A program made the position numbers and the translations under genes. From assembly GCA_021613535.1 (NCBI GenBank), contig CP075495.1, positions 5,890,001 through 5,954,000 of the forward strand: DNA of 64,000 nucleotides. Direction: 5' to 3'. The notes under the pieces were generated by a model. That model was not told the origin of the DNA. It ran no database searches and worked only from the letters and a program-made list of their open reading frames with translations. Source of the DNA: Adineta vaga. Taxonomy: Eukaryota; Animalia; Rotifera. This document shows, one piece after another, positions 41,857 to 56,542 of the stretch; position 1 is the first letter of the stretch, and each line of letters opens with the position of its first letter.

Positions 41857-44800
41857 CCTCCTCTTATTCTTCTTTGTATATGTATATGTTGTGTGTGTGT
41901 GTGTGTGTGTTCAATCGTTCGTCGCTTGCTCTTACTACTCTCTTAGTTCACCGACGATGGTTGGGGTAATGAGAAAAGTGACTATGAACGGGCAAAGAGA
42001 AGAGAGTAGATGAGGAGAGAGAGTAGAACAACAAAACACGGAGGGAGAGAGCAAGGAGGAAGAAAATTTGTTCAACCCAAAGAAAAAAAAGAAAAAGCGA
42101 GGATGAAGAGAAATAGCCGATTGTATGTCTACCTTGAATCCATCCATTCATAGGAAAAGTAAGAAAGGATAGCCTTCATAGACGCATTTCCTAGAAATAA
42201 TGAAAAAAGAATAAGCAAAGATCTATCGCATGTTTTTCTTTATATTACATCATCTTTCATTCATATTGTTCAAATCATGAGACATGTAACGGCTCTGGTC
42301 CAACATGTACATGTATATCCATCTGTTTCATATGTTTATATGTGATTGACCATTCATCAATTTCATACGACACATGTGTAACGAACATTTATAGGCTAGT
42401 GAATGAAATTAGCAACAACTTATATATAGGCGTACATTTTACTATTGCAATATTGAAACTTTTTAAAATTTTTTTCCTCTTCTCTAACTGTTAAGTGTCA
42501 CTATATTACTTCTAGTGCATGAAACAATCAATCATGATTATAGGTTAAAAACTTTTTGTTCTCTGTAAATTTTTATGTTCAAAAAAAGCATATGCTATAT
42601 TTGTTGTGTTTCTAAACGAAAATATCCAGTTGTTAAAATGATTATTTAATTGTATAATGAGAAGAAAAATCTAATAAATATTGTACAGCTGTTCTATGTC
42701 ATCATTTTGTATAAGAGATTGTTTCTATCAAGTGATCGATCGATATGAATTGCCTATTGTATATATATGGGACAATAAAACGAAGGAAGACTTTGACAGC
42801 TCTCTTATTCAAATGGTGAATTGAACTACTAGATGACGTATTCTTGACTGGCACTTTAGTGTGAATAAAGAGAAAGTGAAGAAAAAAGAGATATTGTAAC
42901 TTTAAAATAGAGTGTTAACATGTCAGTGATTGTTATACGAACTATAGTTGGTTGAGAAAAAAAGAATGTTTTTCTTCCTAAAGGCAATATGGCTGTAGAC
43001 ATTGTTCACACGTATCAAATTACTTCTTGATATTCTTATTGAACGTAATTGATAAAAATAAAATGTCTATTGGCAAAGTATTCATTGATTAAAAAACAAT
43101 GAAATGAATAAAATATTTAAATTAAATGATATATGAACAAATGTAACAGAACTTTACATCTATATCTGTTAAAATAATACCTTAAAGTTGTGTTATGTGT
43201 ATATGATGACTAAAAAAACCGCAAAATGTCAAGTTTTATTCTTTGAGCGATGAGATGGTACAAAGGTCGAATCTTTTTTCTTTGTTATGATGAGAAAGTT
43301 CAAGAGTTGAAGTAAAATTAGAAATCTATTTATGATTATATATCAGTTGAAGGACGAACGAAAATACTAGATCATTCAACTGTGTAATTAGTAACGCATG
43401 AAAAGTAAGTAGTGTATTCGAGTCTTCTTTGCAGTTATTCGCTAATGGATTTATGATGACTCTATGGTCTTTTTGAATCTTTTTCTAAATTTTAAATGAA
43501 AAAAGAAACCGAACGATCTTTCTCGTACAACGCTGGATTTACGGATGTAAACGAAATAAACTTTTTTATTCAATATAAACGGTCAATAATATAAGCACAT
43601 TAGGCCACTAAACATCTTTTTATAATTTACTCTTAGTATTTCGATCCTCCCATTATATACTAACATGCGATACTTGCACTTGCACTATTACTCCTTGTAT
43701 CTGTGGGTTTATATAATTATTTATTTATATATACAGAAATAGATGTAAACTTTCACATATCCTTGTTTTTAAATTGATTGAATCTTTCGATTTGAGGAAA
43801 TTTCTATGTTGCAGAATATGTAATATTAGAATTGGTCACCATTCAAATAAAAGAAAGCTGATTAAAAAAAGGGAAATTTGCATTTAATAGTTTGTATATT
43901 AGTCAAAAAATGTTTAGATAAAAATTATGAATATGAATTCGAATAGTATAACCAACAAAACTTTCAGATTATTCAAAATTAATATTCAGAAGAATGTAGT
44001 TTATTCAAACATATAACAAGTCCATAGTTGGAATGTTATCTTCTATATATTAGAGAATTAAGCTTAAAGCATAGATTGAGAGTAAAGAAAAAAAATCTTT
44101 TTCTATGTGTATTCTAATTTCTCATTTATGTTTTTATTTCAAATTTTCACGTATCTCTCCATAAGCTGTTAAAATCAATGTTATAAGAAATAAAGGTGAT
44201 GAAAAGAATACAATCAAAATGGAATATTTATTTGTTTCGAATTTCATCATTGTGTATCATTTCAATAGTAGCATGACAATAAGAATGAAGAAATATTAGA
44301 AATTTTTACCGAAATACCATCATCTTTTTCTCGAAGATCTATGTCAAAATGTTTATGTTTGAAACAAAGTGTCACATAATTGTGTCTAATGATGCTTGAG
44401 AATTTCTAATTTTTACTTTGAACAAATATGAATAATAGCTCTAATGTATTAGAAAAACATTCATTGAACATAAGTATTTTTTTAACTTCTTTCAAAAATT
44501 GATCTTGTCAAGATAAACATTTCACTAATTTACTATTTAATTATATTTTGTTCGACGACGATCTTTGAATAAGATACACATATGCAGATTACAAAATACA
44601 TGTTTTTATCAAGCTGCTTGTTTCTAATCAAGAGAAACCATTGGTATGTTGTTGATTCGATGCCATAAGTTTTTATTTTTCAAGTACTAGAATAATAGAC
44701 ATGAATGAATGTTTTGATATTTTAACAACTGATTAGTTGTGAAGTAATATTGAATGAATATTTTTGTATTACAGAAAAACGAAAACATACATAATATGTA

Positions 44801-46188
44801 ATTTTGAATCACTGCTATTATTGATGTCTTATTAAAAGCTTATTGTTAGTGTTATAGAAGTCTGTTTCAAAGATGTAGAAGGCTTATTATTCATAGATTT
44901 ATTTGTTGTACTACACTATATCAAAATTCCTCTTTGTCTTCAATACATATTTACAGTTTAGAAAAAGCAACATCATATTTATAAAAAAATTTCCTCTTTT
45001 ACAGTTGATGATTTTATTTATTCTAAAACTAACTATCATTCTAAATTTACTTCACCTATTCTTTCAGTCAAAAACATCGTAAATCATACTTGCACAATAT
45101 GACATAATCATAAAAAGACTGAAATGATAGATGTACAACAGAAAATAATTTCTTCTTTACTCTAACTATTATATTGTTTTGACGTACAAATATTTTGACA
45201 GTGAATTGAATCGATCCTGATAAGATGCAAATTTATCTTTAGAAAAAAACATTTTCAAAGCAGCTCACATAGATTCCATAGTATCTAGAGATTTCATTTC
45301 ATTTAAAGTTTAATTTGATGGATTTACATGAAAATGATCTTTTTGTCATTCATATTTTTACTCATTGATAGCCATGAACCACGTCATATTCACGAACAGA
45401 TTTTTACTCATTTTATTTGATTTAAATTCAGTTGTCAGAAAAATCTTATGCCAACTATAGCATTCACATCATTGATATCAGTATGTAAACTTGATCTAGA
45501 TTAACAATAATTACAGTATATTATGGATAGTATACGCATTGTCTGTTCCGAAATATTTCGAAAGACTACAATTAGTATATATATATATATATATACATCA
45601 CTAGATTATTTCACATGAGATTATAGACAGAAGGAAGAAAAAGAAAACGTTTCTGACTAGTTTAATATTGACATAAACACATGCACATGATCTAAAGTAC
45701 ACTAAAGATCTCATTACTATTTTTTCTTCTTTTTGAACAATTAATTTTTAATGCGACATAAAGTTATCTCAATTAGACATAATCCTTTCATTATGATCGA
45801 GAAATATCTATCTAATTTGTTTTTATGATGATTTACAAAATATGATAGGAGAGAAAAACAGTAGAGAAAATGAGTTCTTCCTTCTTCTGTTGCTTCGGCT
45901 TCATTTTCTGTTGCTACTTCCTGTCAGTGTAATACTGAAACAACAACATCAAAATTGTTAACGTTCTCCTAGTGAGAGTTTTCCTCTCGTGACAAAAGAA
46001 AGACTAGCAGAAAAAAGGAATAGATAAAAAGACCTGCGGAACATTAGCAGAAAAATATTCACTGATAACAGACAAAAATTAAATAATTCTGAATGGATAA
46101 ATGAGAAAATTAATACACATATAAAACATTTACAGGTGATTAGATATTGTAAATGAATGTTATGAAAATTACATTTTTTCTAGATCAA

Positions 46189-47826
46189 ATGCGTTCAAGT
46201 AAAACCGTGAAATTTGTTGATACGACGATAACAAATGATTCTCGTGTTATTCTTAATGTTGGTGGAATGCGATTTGAAACTCAACGTGCAACACTTAAAA
46301 AATTACCCGCAACACGTCTTTCCAAATTAACTCCACAATTATCATATTATGATCCTGTTTTAAACGAATATTTTTTCGATCGACATCCAGGAGTTTTTTC
46401 TCAGATATTAAATTATTATCGCACAGGCAAACTTCATTATCCGACGAATGTTTGTGGACCTTTATTCGAAGATGAACTTTCATATTGGGGTATACAACGA
46501 GAAGAAGTTGAACCATGTTGTTGGTAAATAGATAATCAAATTTCTCTTCGTTTTTGTTTTTATATCAATTGTTATAAGGATGACGTATACAAAGCATCGA
46601 TCAACTCAAGAAACACTTGAAACACTTGATTCATTAGGATTAGATACTGTTCGATCGACGCCTGATGATATTATAAAAAAATTCGGTTGGGAAAATGATT
46701 TAAATTTAATAACAACCGGTCAAGTGAATACTTATAAACGTATTCGCTCATTAATTTGGCAAATTTTTGAAGAACCACGATCTTCAAAAGCATCAAAAGT
46801 AAATAAAAAACCCGTTTCAATCTTCAGAAGAACCGTTTTTTTTCTCATTCGAAGGTTATTGCATTAATTTCAATCTTTTTTATCCTTTTATCTATTACAA
46901 CTTTTATAATTCGTACATTAACAATCTTTGAAATAACTGAATACGATTTCATTGATGTTTATATTGGTGATAATACAACTGAACAAACATTGATCTATCA
47001 TCATGGTCGGGGAGATACTATTGCTGGTTTCAACACTATTGAATGGATTTGTACATAATCAATAATTAATATTCATTCCATTTTTCGAATGGATTCTTTT
47101 CATTTCAGGTAATTCTTGGTTTACATTCGAAATAATTCTACGATTTATTGTTGCTCCATCGAAAAAAGCTTTCGTTTTCTCTGTACTTAATTGGATAGGT
47201 AAATAGATTTAATTCAACCTTTGTTTTTTCTCTATCTTTTAATAGATTTTTTGGGTACATTTTTATTTTTTTTTACATATATCTTATACGATATTTATGA
47301 TTATGATGGTCATTACGCATCCTTAGATTTACTTTCAACAATACGTGTTGCTCGTATGTTCAAATTAATTAACATGCATCCACGCTTAAGAGTCATCACC
47401 ACAGCAATATCATATTCATCATCATTATTAAGTTTAACAATATTTTTTTGTCTACTTTCAATATTAATTGCTGGCTCATCATTATATTATATTGAAAGAT
47501 TATCTAATCCAGTAGATAGTCAAATACTTTCTGTTATTGACGGTATATGGTTAGCATTAACAACGATAAGTACACTTGGTTTCGGTGATATTGTACCTAA
47601 ATCACTTCTTGGAATGATAGTTGGTGCCATAACAACAGTTATGGGTGTTTTAATTATTGATTTACCAATGCCAATTATAAATGAAATATTTGATAATTTT
47701 AATCGACATTTATTAGCAAGACAACAATTACCTAAACAACGAAGACGAACGACACCAGCTATTGTTCCACGAAAAATTCAACCATTAATGTCAACAAATG
47801 GACATAGACATCAACATCAACACTAA
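46189..47826 (+). CDS. Shaw/Kv3-family voltage-gated K+ channel subunit with atypical pore and S6; 5 exons
   Basis: T1 domain '[13 protein letters not shown]...[12 protein letters not shown]...[44 protein letters not shown]...EPCCW', filter 'TISTLGFGD', S6 'IDLPMP'. Confidence 0.9.
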
Positions 47827-49014
47827 TCAACTCTATTTGTTTTGTTGTTCTTTGTTTTTGATTATTTCTAAAAACGAAATAAATATCTACCGGATTCTTT
47901 CATAGATAAACAAGAGAAATTTCTTTGTTTGTTAGATAAAAGATTCAATTAATTATGAGTATGCTTAGAATATCTTTTCAATACATCACAACAATGAAGA
48001 GAGTATAAACATTTTTGACATACAATGCATGAATGAATAGATCTGTTCAACTGATTTTCTGCTTGATGTTAAAGAAGAAAACCTTTTTTCTTTCTACTTT
48101 CTATTTTGACATATCTGTCAGAGATAGTTAAGTTTTCTAATTACATACGTCGAAATGAAATGAAACTTTGAAAAGTTTTCTTTAGAAAAACTGTCATATG
48201 ATGGTGTATGCGACAAAAGAACAGATTAGAATTCATATAGTGCTCGTTATTTTTAGTAGAAATGCTCAAAGAAATATATTTATATTCCGCCAACAAATTA
48301 TGTTCGATGCTTATGATAATAAAAGTGTAAGATAGAATTAAAAAGAGCGAATCAGTGGAAAACATGATTCTACTACATTGTAATCTAATTATTATAAAAA
48401 AGAAAGAAAAATAATGTCACAGATGTTATTTATTTTATTATTTGAGCTAGAAGTTTTGTGTTCAATAAAGATTGTAGAATACAATGTAATTCGTGAATGA
48501 AAGATCAATTTTATCTCTTGAGAGTTTCATATAAATGCTGTCAAGGTAATATTATTTCATAATATAAAAAAATATCTGTGTGATACTCAATGTACTTCAG
48601 GAAAATATCACGAGAAAACTTAAGTTTGAATAATAATGATACTTCTTCAAGTTTCCTTATAGTTCTATTTTATTGTGTGTCATTGTTGATTTATCATTAG
48701 GAATTAAATAAAGGAAATATTTTGTAATTGGGAATGTAAAATAGAGTTTAAAAATAGATGAAAGACTAAAATCTAGCTCTACCAATCCTTTCAATTGCTA
48801 TTGATTTCGAATTCTTGTTTAACTTAGACGTTTTAAGAATGAATTCCTTTTAAAATTGATTGAAAACATGTATATCTTGTTTCATCTGTTTGTTTATTAC
48901 TTTTCTAAGACCTTGTTGATGTTAATGTGTAATAAATAGAAAAACTAAAAAACAAACAACAAATAGCCATTGTTTTGTTGACGTTGGCATAAACAATTAT
49001 TTTTGTTTCGATGA

Positions 49015-49291
49015 TTAACGAAGTCGACGAGCTTCACGTTCAGATTCAAGAAGCACGAGTACATCATCAACACGTCTAAATCAAAAACAATAAATTTCTA
49101 TGAGAAAAAAAGAAGGATTTTAATTCGTAAACTTACACTGGACCTTTAACATTACGAATAATTGATCGTTTTGATGATGAAGTATCGATAATTTCGACAC
49201 GAACTTGTGTACATTGGCCCTGACTGCCAGTACGACCAAGAATTTTCACTACACGAGCCATAACACCACCAGTAGTTGTATTTTTTTCCAT
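49015..49291 (-). CDS. RPS28: 40S ribosomal protein S28 (eS28); 2 coding exons; absent from the ORF track
   Basis: [35 protein letters not shown]...[11 protein letters not shown]|[19 protein letters not shown]. Confidence 0.95.
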
Positions 49292-49450
49292 GATGATTAT
49301 TGAATGTGTCTAAATGGATTTCAAATAAGAACTGAAATCTAAAAAGAAACAAAAGATTTTCAAGAAAATAGATCTATCTCTTAGCTTTTTCCAGTGAAAT
49401 TTCTAATAACTATAGACGAAGAAGAAAAATTAAGAACAAGCTAAGTGTGT

Positions 49451-49459
49451 CGCCATCTT
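49451..49459 (-). promoter_or_regulatory. YY1-type motif (AAGATGGCG) in the RPS28/GRASP divergent promoter
   Basis: CGCCATCTT on the + strand, ~160 nt upstream of the RPS28 ATG. A similar AGATGGCG lies at 56695-56702, upstream of MTMR14. Confidence 0.45.
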
Positions 49460-49677
49460 GAACGTTTTGTACTTTGACCTTCATTAAATAAATTCATTTA
49501 TTTCATAAATTCTTCGTTAAACTTCATCAATAATCTAATTGATTTTCATTTATTAAATTTAAATAAAAACATTTCTTACTAAACCAATCACATATTTTCA
49601 TTCATCTATATTTTATTAACTGGATATATTTGACATGATCACGAAAACAACATAATCGAATATAATCCATATTTATA

Positions 49678-50935
49678 ATGCTTACAATATCTTCTTCTTC
49701 ATTAACACCGACGATACGTCGACCTATTCTTCCTCGACATTATTCTACATCATCTGAACTCTATCGTCCACGTACAATTCTTATTGAAAAACCCAATAAT
49801 ACAATATCCTATGGTTTTTCAATTCAAACATATGGTTTTGCATCATTAAATCCCTTATCAACCGATGAATCAGGTTGTTCACTCTTATCTTTATCAACTG
49901 AAAGTATTCGAAGTCGACAATCATCAGCATCGACTGACTTTTGCTTATCATCATCTCAAATCGCACCTATTCAATTAGTTACATATGTTGATCATGTGCA
50001 AGAACAAAGTCCAGCATGGCATGCTGGTTTACGTGCTGGTTCAGTTATCTTATATGTTAATGATGAAACTGTTGAACAAGATGATCATGAAACATTAGTT
50101 AAACGTATAACACAAGCATCAACAACACAATTAAAATTAGTTATTATTCAACAAAATATCAATAAACAAATCGCATTATGTGAACAATTGCAAACATTAC
50201 ATAAACAATTGCAAGAAAAAGAAGAAGAATTCAAAGAATTATGTAAACAAGAGAAAATTAATGATGAAAATATTTCCATCAAAGGTATGAAAAACAAGTA
50301 TTTCATTCTATATGCATGTAGATTTTTTCCTCTATTCTTTCAAAGAAACTAAATCTCCTTCACCTCGACTTCAACATCTATCATCTGAAACATCTGAATG
50401 TCCAACAACTGCATTTTGTCATGATAAAATTCCATTAGATTGGCGTCAAAGTGTCACAACCTTTGCTCATCAACAAAAATTAACAATACGAACTTTACCA
50501 CCAATCTTAACATCAACATCGTCCTCTTCATCATCATCAAAATATATTAAAAAAAATCAATTGATTCCTTCACATAATCATCGACGTAGTTTATCTCTAT
50601 CAACCATTGTTTTACAATATTCCAAACCATCTCTCTTTCGACATCATACTTCACTAAAACATCCACGTCGACCCTATCATCGACGAGCACATTCTCATGA
50701 AGAATTCATCACATTAGAGAAAACAACTGATCTTTCAAAACATCCTAAAGATGATAGTATGATTGCATCGGGTTGTTCTTTAGCAATGGATTTATCAAAA
50801 AGTTTTGACAAAAAAAATTATCAATCATCATCCTCATCATCATCAGAAAATAGCGATGAAGATGAAGATCATTCTCGAGATAAATTCGATAATCAAGTCA
50901 AACAATTCAAATGGAAATTAAAAATAAGCAAATAA
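49678..50935 (+). CDS. GRASP/tamalin/CYTIP-like PDZ + coiled-coil scaffold; 2 exons
   Basis: 'RTILIEKPNNTISYGFSIQTYG...VTYVDHVQEQSPAWHAGLRAGSVILYVN...HETLVKRI', followed by zipper 'LCEQLQTLHKQLQEKEEEFKELCKQE'. Confidence 0.78.
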
Positions 50936-51359
50936 ATAAATAACAGTATTTTTTTTATTATAAACTTGTCTTGTTTATTGTATAACTTCATTTCTTTATT
51001 CTGAACATGAAACAAAAAGAACTTGGTATGTATATATAAATTATTTTGAAAAATCTCTTTGAAAATTATATGAAAATATTCCATCTTTTGAATTCTCATC
51101 CTCTCTCTTTCTTTTTTTTGTTGCTTTCGTTTTTCAACTCGATGCTTGATACGACAATATCTTCTATTACATTCATCGTTTTATCATCGAAAGTGAATTG
51201 AATCTTATTCAATTGATCTTCGAGAATTCTATCTAATTCGTTATTTTTTTATGTAGATCATCAAATGTATGTGTTTCTTTTTTTTATTTCATATCGACTT
51301 CAAATAAAAGCTAATTTATTGAAAATCTTTCGAAATTATTAGGAAAAAAAACAGTTATA

Positions 51360-53420
51360 TTACAAAGAAACAACTAATGAATCATCTATCAACGAAGTTT
51401 CTTTATTCAACACAGTAGAAACACGTTCAATATCTTGAGTAATCTGAAGCAGATTAGAATGATCTGAAGAGAATGATTGTCGATATATGGCAGCGATTTT
51501 TGTATAATATACAAGAGCTTGCTTTAAATTACCAAGTTTTTCTTCTAGAAATCCCATATTTCTCAATGTTAATAATACATCAGGATGTTTTGAAGAATAA
51601 CTCTTTATTAAAATCGAACAAGCCAAATCGTAATGACGGAATGCTTCGTTGATTTCATCCATCAATACATTGACATCAGCGATATGATTGTGTAGCTTAG
51701 CTAAATCAAATTGAGCACATGAAAGATTCTTTTGTCGAATGATTAATGCTTTTTGAAAATATTCCAATGCTTTGGGATATTGTTCTTTCATTTGAAAAAT
51801 ACATGCCATATCTTTATAACATCCCGCAACTTTTGGATGTTCTTTTCCTAATGCTCGTATCCATATCTGTACAGCTTGTGTATAGAATTCAAGTGCTTCA
51901 TTTAATTCGCCTTTCTTAACATGTACACTTGCAAGATCACTATATCGTGATGCTATCTCTGGATCTTCTTCTCTTAATACTAATTGATTAGTTTCAAGTG
52001 CTTTTCGATACCATTGTAAACATAAATCATAATCTTGTTCTTCCATAGCAATATTGCCAAGTCCTTGATAACAATTTGCAACTGAATGATAATCATGTGG
52101 TAGATCATGTAAAATTTGATGAAAATATTTTTCAGCATCATCAAATCGTTTCATTTTTGAAAGTATATGAGCAAAAGAAAGTAGATTTGTTTCACCACGA
52201 TCACATTTGCTTTTCATTTGATCGATGATTGTTTTGATCTTTCGATGATTATTACGACATACTTCCATACGAATAATAAGTATATCATCTTCTTCTGAAA
52301 TTTCTATTTGATGAAAAATTGTTCCAGCCATAAAGAGTATTATTTCCATACCATGAAAATAATTCCAAGCAGTTATATTGGTAAATGGTTTGATATCGTT
52401 CAAGTGAGAATCAGCATTGATTTCGAATAGAACACATTTGAAATCATTCGATACAGTAGTATTATGAAGAATTGTTATTGCTCGTTGACGATTTGGAATT
52501 GTTGAAAGAAATGTATTAATAGAAATAAATCCTCCTATGGACGATTTCAATAATTCTATATCACTGTTTGACATTAATTGCGAACGATAAGTACAGATTG
52601 GTGATGAACATTTTGTTTCATTTAATTGTTGATGAATATCACTAAGGAAAAAATGAGAATCATATAAGAAATTGACATCAAGAATATCGAATGCATGATT
52701 TAATGATTGACGAAGAAAACAATCTCTTGTAAACCACCATATTGCTCGATCTGATGAATATGTACTTTCGAATTCAGCGATTACATTCATTTGATCTTCA
52801 TTATCTTTATATTTTTCTTTACATAATGAAAGAAAATGATTTTTATCATTATCATTTGATTTCATTCGACTTAAACAATCGATTAATAATTGGAAATGAA
52901 AGAAATCTTCGTCATTTATCGATGATAATTTTGGATGAAATACACTGAATGGAAATCGTTCATCGATTTGATATTCATCATGTTGAATTTGATCAGATCT
53001 TATTCTGGATATTAATATCTTTAAATCAACAATAACCTCTGTAACCTAAAATCAAAACATTGCATTTGTGAAATGTGTATTTAGATGAATAATATTTACA
53101 TGAATAAAATGTTTCGCCCATTCTTCATTTCGTTTCTTATCAGAACAATAAACATAGATTGCAATGATATGTGTAGATGGTTGAATACGTGGTACTATTT
53201 CTTGTCCCAGACGACCATTAACAATCAAAACGATATTTTCGTCGGAAACTGTTTGTTGAATATATTCCAAACATTTTTCAGTACTGTCAAATGCTTCGAA
53301 ACAATCATTTATTTTTCGAAGTAAGACTTGTGTATCGAGATTTTCTTCAGAACTATTTACTGAACTATCCAACCAAATAAGAGTGAATGTTCGAAGATTA
53401 GAATTTGAAGTTGTAGCCAT
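51360..53420 (-). CDS. Receiver-like domain + ADP-ribosyltransferase-like domain + TPR repeats; 2 exons
   Basis: Exon 1 'FTLIWLD...IVLIVNGRLGQEIVP...IAIYVYC' is spliced (~53099-53047) in frame into ORF 52865. ART region 'AIWWFTRDCF...YRSQLM...INTFLST...LFEI', then about 6 kinesin-light-chain-type TPRs. Confidence 0.85.
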
Positions 53421-54182
53421 TGTACAGAATTTGCACGCAAAAAACTCACACGAAATTGTATATTTACGTATGAATAAAAGTTACACCTTATTGAAGTTAT
53501 TAATACAATAATGCTAAAGCAATGGAAGATTCTATGACGTTATGATTCATAATCATTCAAGCGTGAAAATAATAAAAAAGAAATGCGTCATAACGAAATT
53601 AGTACTAAATAGAAACTAAAGGCTAGCTATGATTTATTTACGTATAACGTAAAATATGACTCGGAAAGTTCTCTGATGTATATAGTTACAAATTATTGTC
53701 AAACGCGATCAATTGATAACAAATATTTAGAACCTAGCTCCATCAACTTGTTATAGTAATACAATCCACATGGTCTTGAGATGTACGTTTAATCAAATCA
53801 TTATTTATCATTCTTTGAAAATGCCGATGAATAAAACCATGATATTTCAAACTATTCTAATAGCACAGTTCAGAGAAGAAAACTGTTCATTTTGAATTTG
53901 TTTATATTGAAAGCAACCGAAATAGTATTGTTGTTTAATTAAACATAATTTAACTTTTACATATCCACGGTGACAAAAAAAAAACATAACAAGAAAATTG
54001 GAGAAAAAAATTTCGACGTTCTTATATGTCGTCTCTTTGGTTTGAAATAAATTATACATATTCGTATTTCTATCCGTTCAATTAAGACAATCACAGAATC
54101 AGAAAATAATCAAAAACTCAAAAGATAAATAAAGTAACTAGATGTCATGAAAAAAATAGGTGAATACACAAATATGTATCTG

Positions 54183-56542
54183 TTATGAACGAGGTTGTGT
54201 ACGCCATTGACCAATAAAATTATTGATTGAACGTGCTATTTCTCGTCCTACAAAAGACAACAATGTTTTCTTCTTTCGAACGAAATAAACTTCATACCTA
54301 TAGGTCGAGGATTGAATGCACTTAAACCTTGTGGTAATAGATTTGTATTTGAAGCAACTGGAGGTGGTCGATTGGGTATCACAGTTCGATAACATAGTTG
54401 AAAAAGGCGAGAGACGGCAAGTAATTTTTCTTCACGAACAGTTTTCGGTCTAGAATTTGTAATTTTATCTTCGTCATTTGGATCTAAATCGGATTTCTGT
54501 GCGAATGAAATCTCATCTGAATTACGACTAAAATTAATCGTTCCATCTTCATTAATATCAATTGGAGATGATGAATTTGAATTATTCAAATGTGTTAATG
54601 CACTGAAATAATCAGTAGAGAGAAATGAAAATATTCTTTGACAACATACCTAATAGAATAAACACTTTCGGAATGATTTGGCACGATGTTTGACTGTGAA
54701 TTGGAAGGACTAGAAACAACGAAGAAGTCATAATCTATTTATATTAATAAACCTACTTATTTGATCGTTTATAAACAAATTCATCTGAAGCTAAATATGG
54801 AAGAATCATGAATGAAAAGTAAAGAATCTATAAAGAAAAAAAATAAGAGATATTTTCCCTAGATTTCATTTCAATCTAAAACTTACTTCTTCACCGCGAA
54901 TTAATCTTTCGGGTAAACAATGTCTATTTAGAAAAAACATTTATTTAACATTTAATCAGGAAAAAGAAGCTCCTTTTTCTTACCCGAATAAATACCAATC
55001 GTAAGCTAAAGTTAAATAAAGTATTTCTTCAACAGTCAACGATTGATGAATCCATCCATCAGCCCATAATGATAAACGCAATAAAGAGATATATAATGGT
55101 GTACGATCCCAACCGGATATGCAATGTATAAGAAGTCCATGATCATCTGAAGATCATCAACACTTTACGTTAAATATTTTCATCGAAGAAAAACTGAATA
55201 TTTACTTGTTTCTAAATAACGAAGAATTAATTGAAAATAATTTTTCGTTAGATCAATTGAATTCCAAGACTATTGAAAACAAAAACAATAGATAAACATC
55301 TATAGATATATTCAAATAAAAGAAGAAAGAAATTACTTTCCAAAAAGACCAATCTGTCGAGACAAGAGATGAAACATGATCAGGCACATGAAATGATGAA
55401 TCATTTAATGGTAATGACCAATCATAGAACATTAATTCACCATTATATTTTTGTACTGAATAATCTCGAAAATGTTCACATCCTATTATTGACGAAACAG
55501 AAACTAAATAGAATTTCTTTTACGAACGATATTTGTTTTAACCTGGATATGGTAGAATTAATAGTTGAAAATCTCGATAACGATTTTCTTTATCTGAATT
55601 TTCTGATGATGTCACACTAAAGAAGATAAAATTTCAGATTTTTATATGACTAATAAGAAAAACGATCTAACTTCACACCGAACATTGTTTTTCGTTTTTC
55701 TACCATAAGATTCACGATAGAACCAACATCAAGTATTTTTAATAAATCTATATCAGCACCACGAAGTTTATCGAATATATTCTGTTGTTGAGGTACTCCA
55801 ATATTTGATGCTGCAGCAGCAGCGGCAGCAGCATCTTCAATAGCAATATTTGGTGGTCCATCCAAATCATTTGCCATACCAGACGAGTTCAAAGGTGTCT
55901 CAACTAATAATTGATTCGTTGTTCGACTACTTGTATCTAATAGACGATCAACACCTGAACGAGAATAAACTTCACCCCATGATGCAACTGTGGAAGAACG
56001 ACAAATGTACTAGAGAAGAAGAAGAGAATGAAATATTGTTTAAATAAATAGAAACAAACTTTTCCATCAATTAAAATGGCAGGAACAACGAAACGTGAAC
56101 GACATCGAGCAATACGAGATCGAACAAAATAATCACGAATATCGATTGATGGTTGTAGTTTGGGTGTTTTTATATTTGACCATTTATCAGTTGTTGGAAC
56201 AAGAATACGTCGAGGATAATATAGAGACAATTCACCATTTGTATTAGAAATTAACTATATTAAAAGGAAACAAAACATGAGTAAATAAAGACAATCAAGT
56301 TCGTCATTAAACCTGAGAATCAAAATCTTGTCCAAAGAGATTAATTACATTTAATTCAAGTGTTGCGACCTAGAATAAGATAAAAGTCATTCTTTTTCAG
56401 GAAAGAAGAAAAATGAATAGAAACAAACATTTGTATGAAGTTCACGTGCATTATATTGATTTTGTGTACTAATACGAAGAACAGCAATGATATCATCGAT
56501 ATTTATCGTTGTAGATCTTGATGAAGCTGTGACTTGTTGCAT
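54183..56542 (-). CDS. MTMR14: Myotubularin-related protein 14 (Jumpy), phosphoinositide 3-phosphatase; many short exons
   Basis: 'SLYYPRRILVP', 'SRIARCRSRFVVPAILIDGK', 'DKLRGADIDLLK...LMVEKRK', catalytic 'LIHCISGWDRTPLYISLLRLSLWADG', 'LTLAYDWYLFG'. Confidence 0.92.

Noticed and set aside
42200-46000. 3.8 kb ORF-free region between FAM110 and Shaw
   Set aside because: No spliceable exons, repeats or RNA gene recognised. It is consistent with divergent regulatory DNA.
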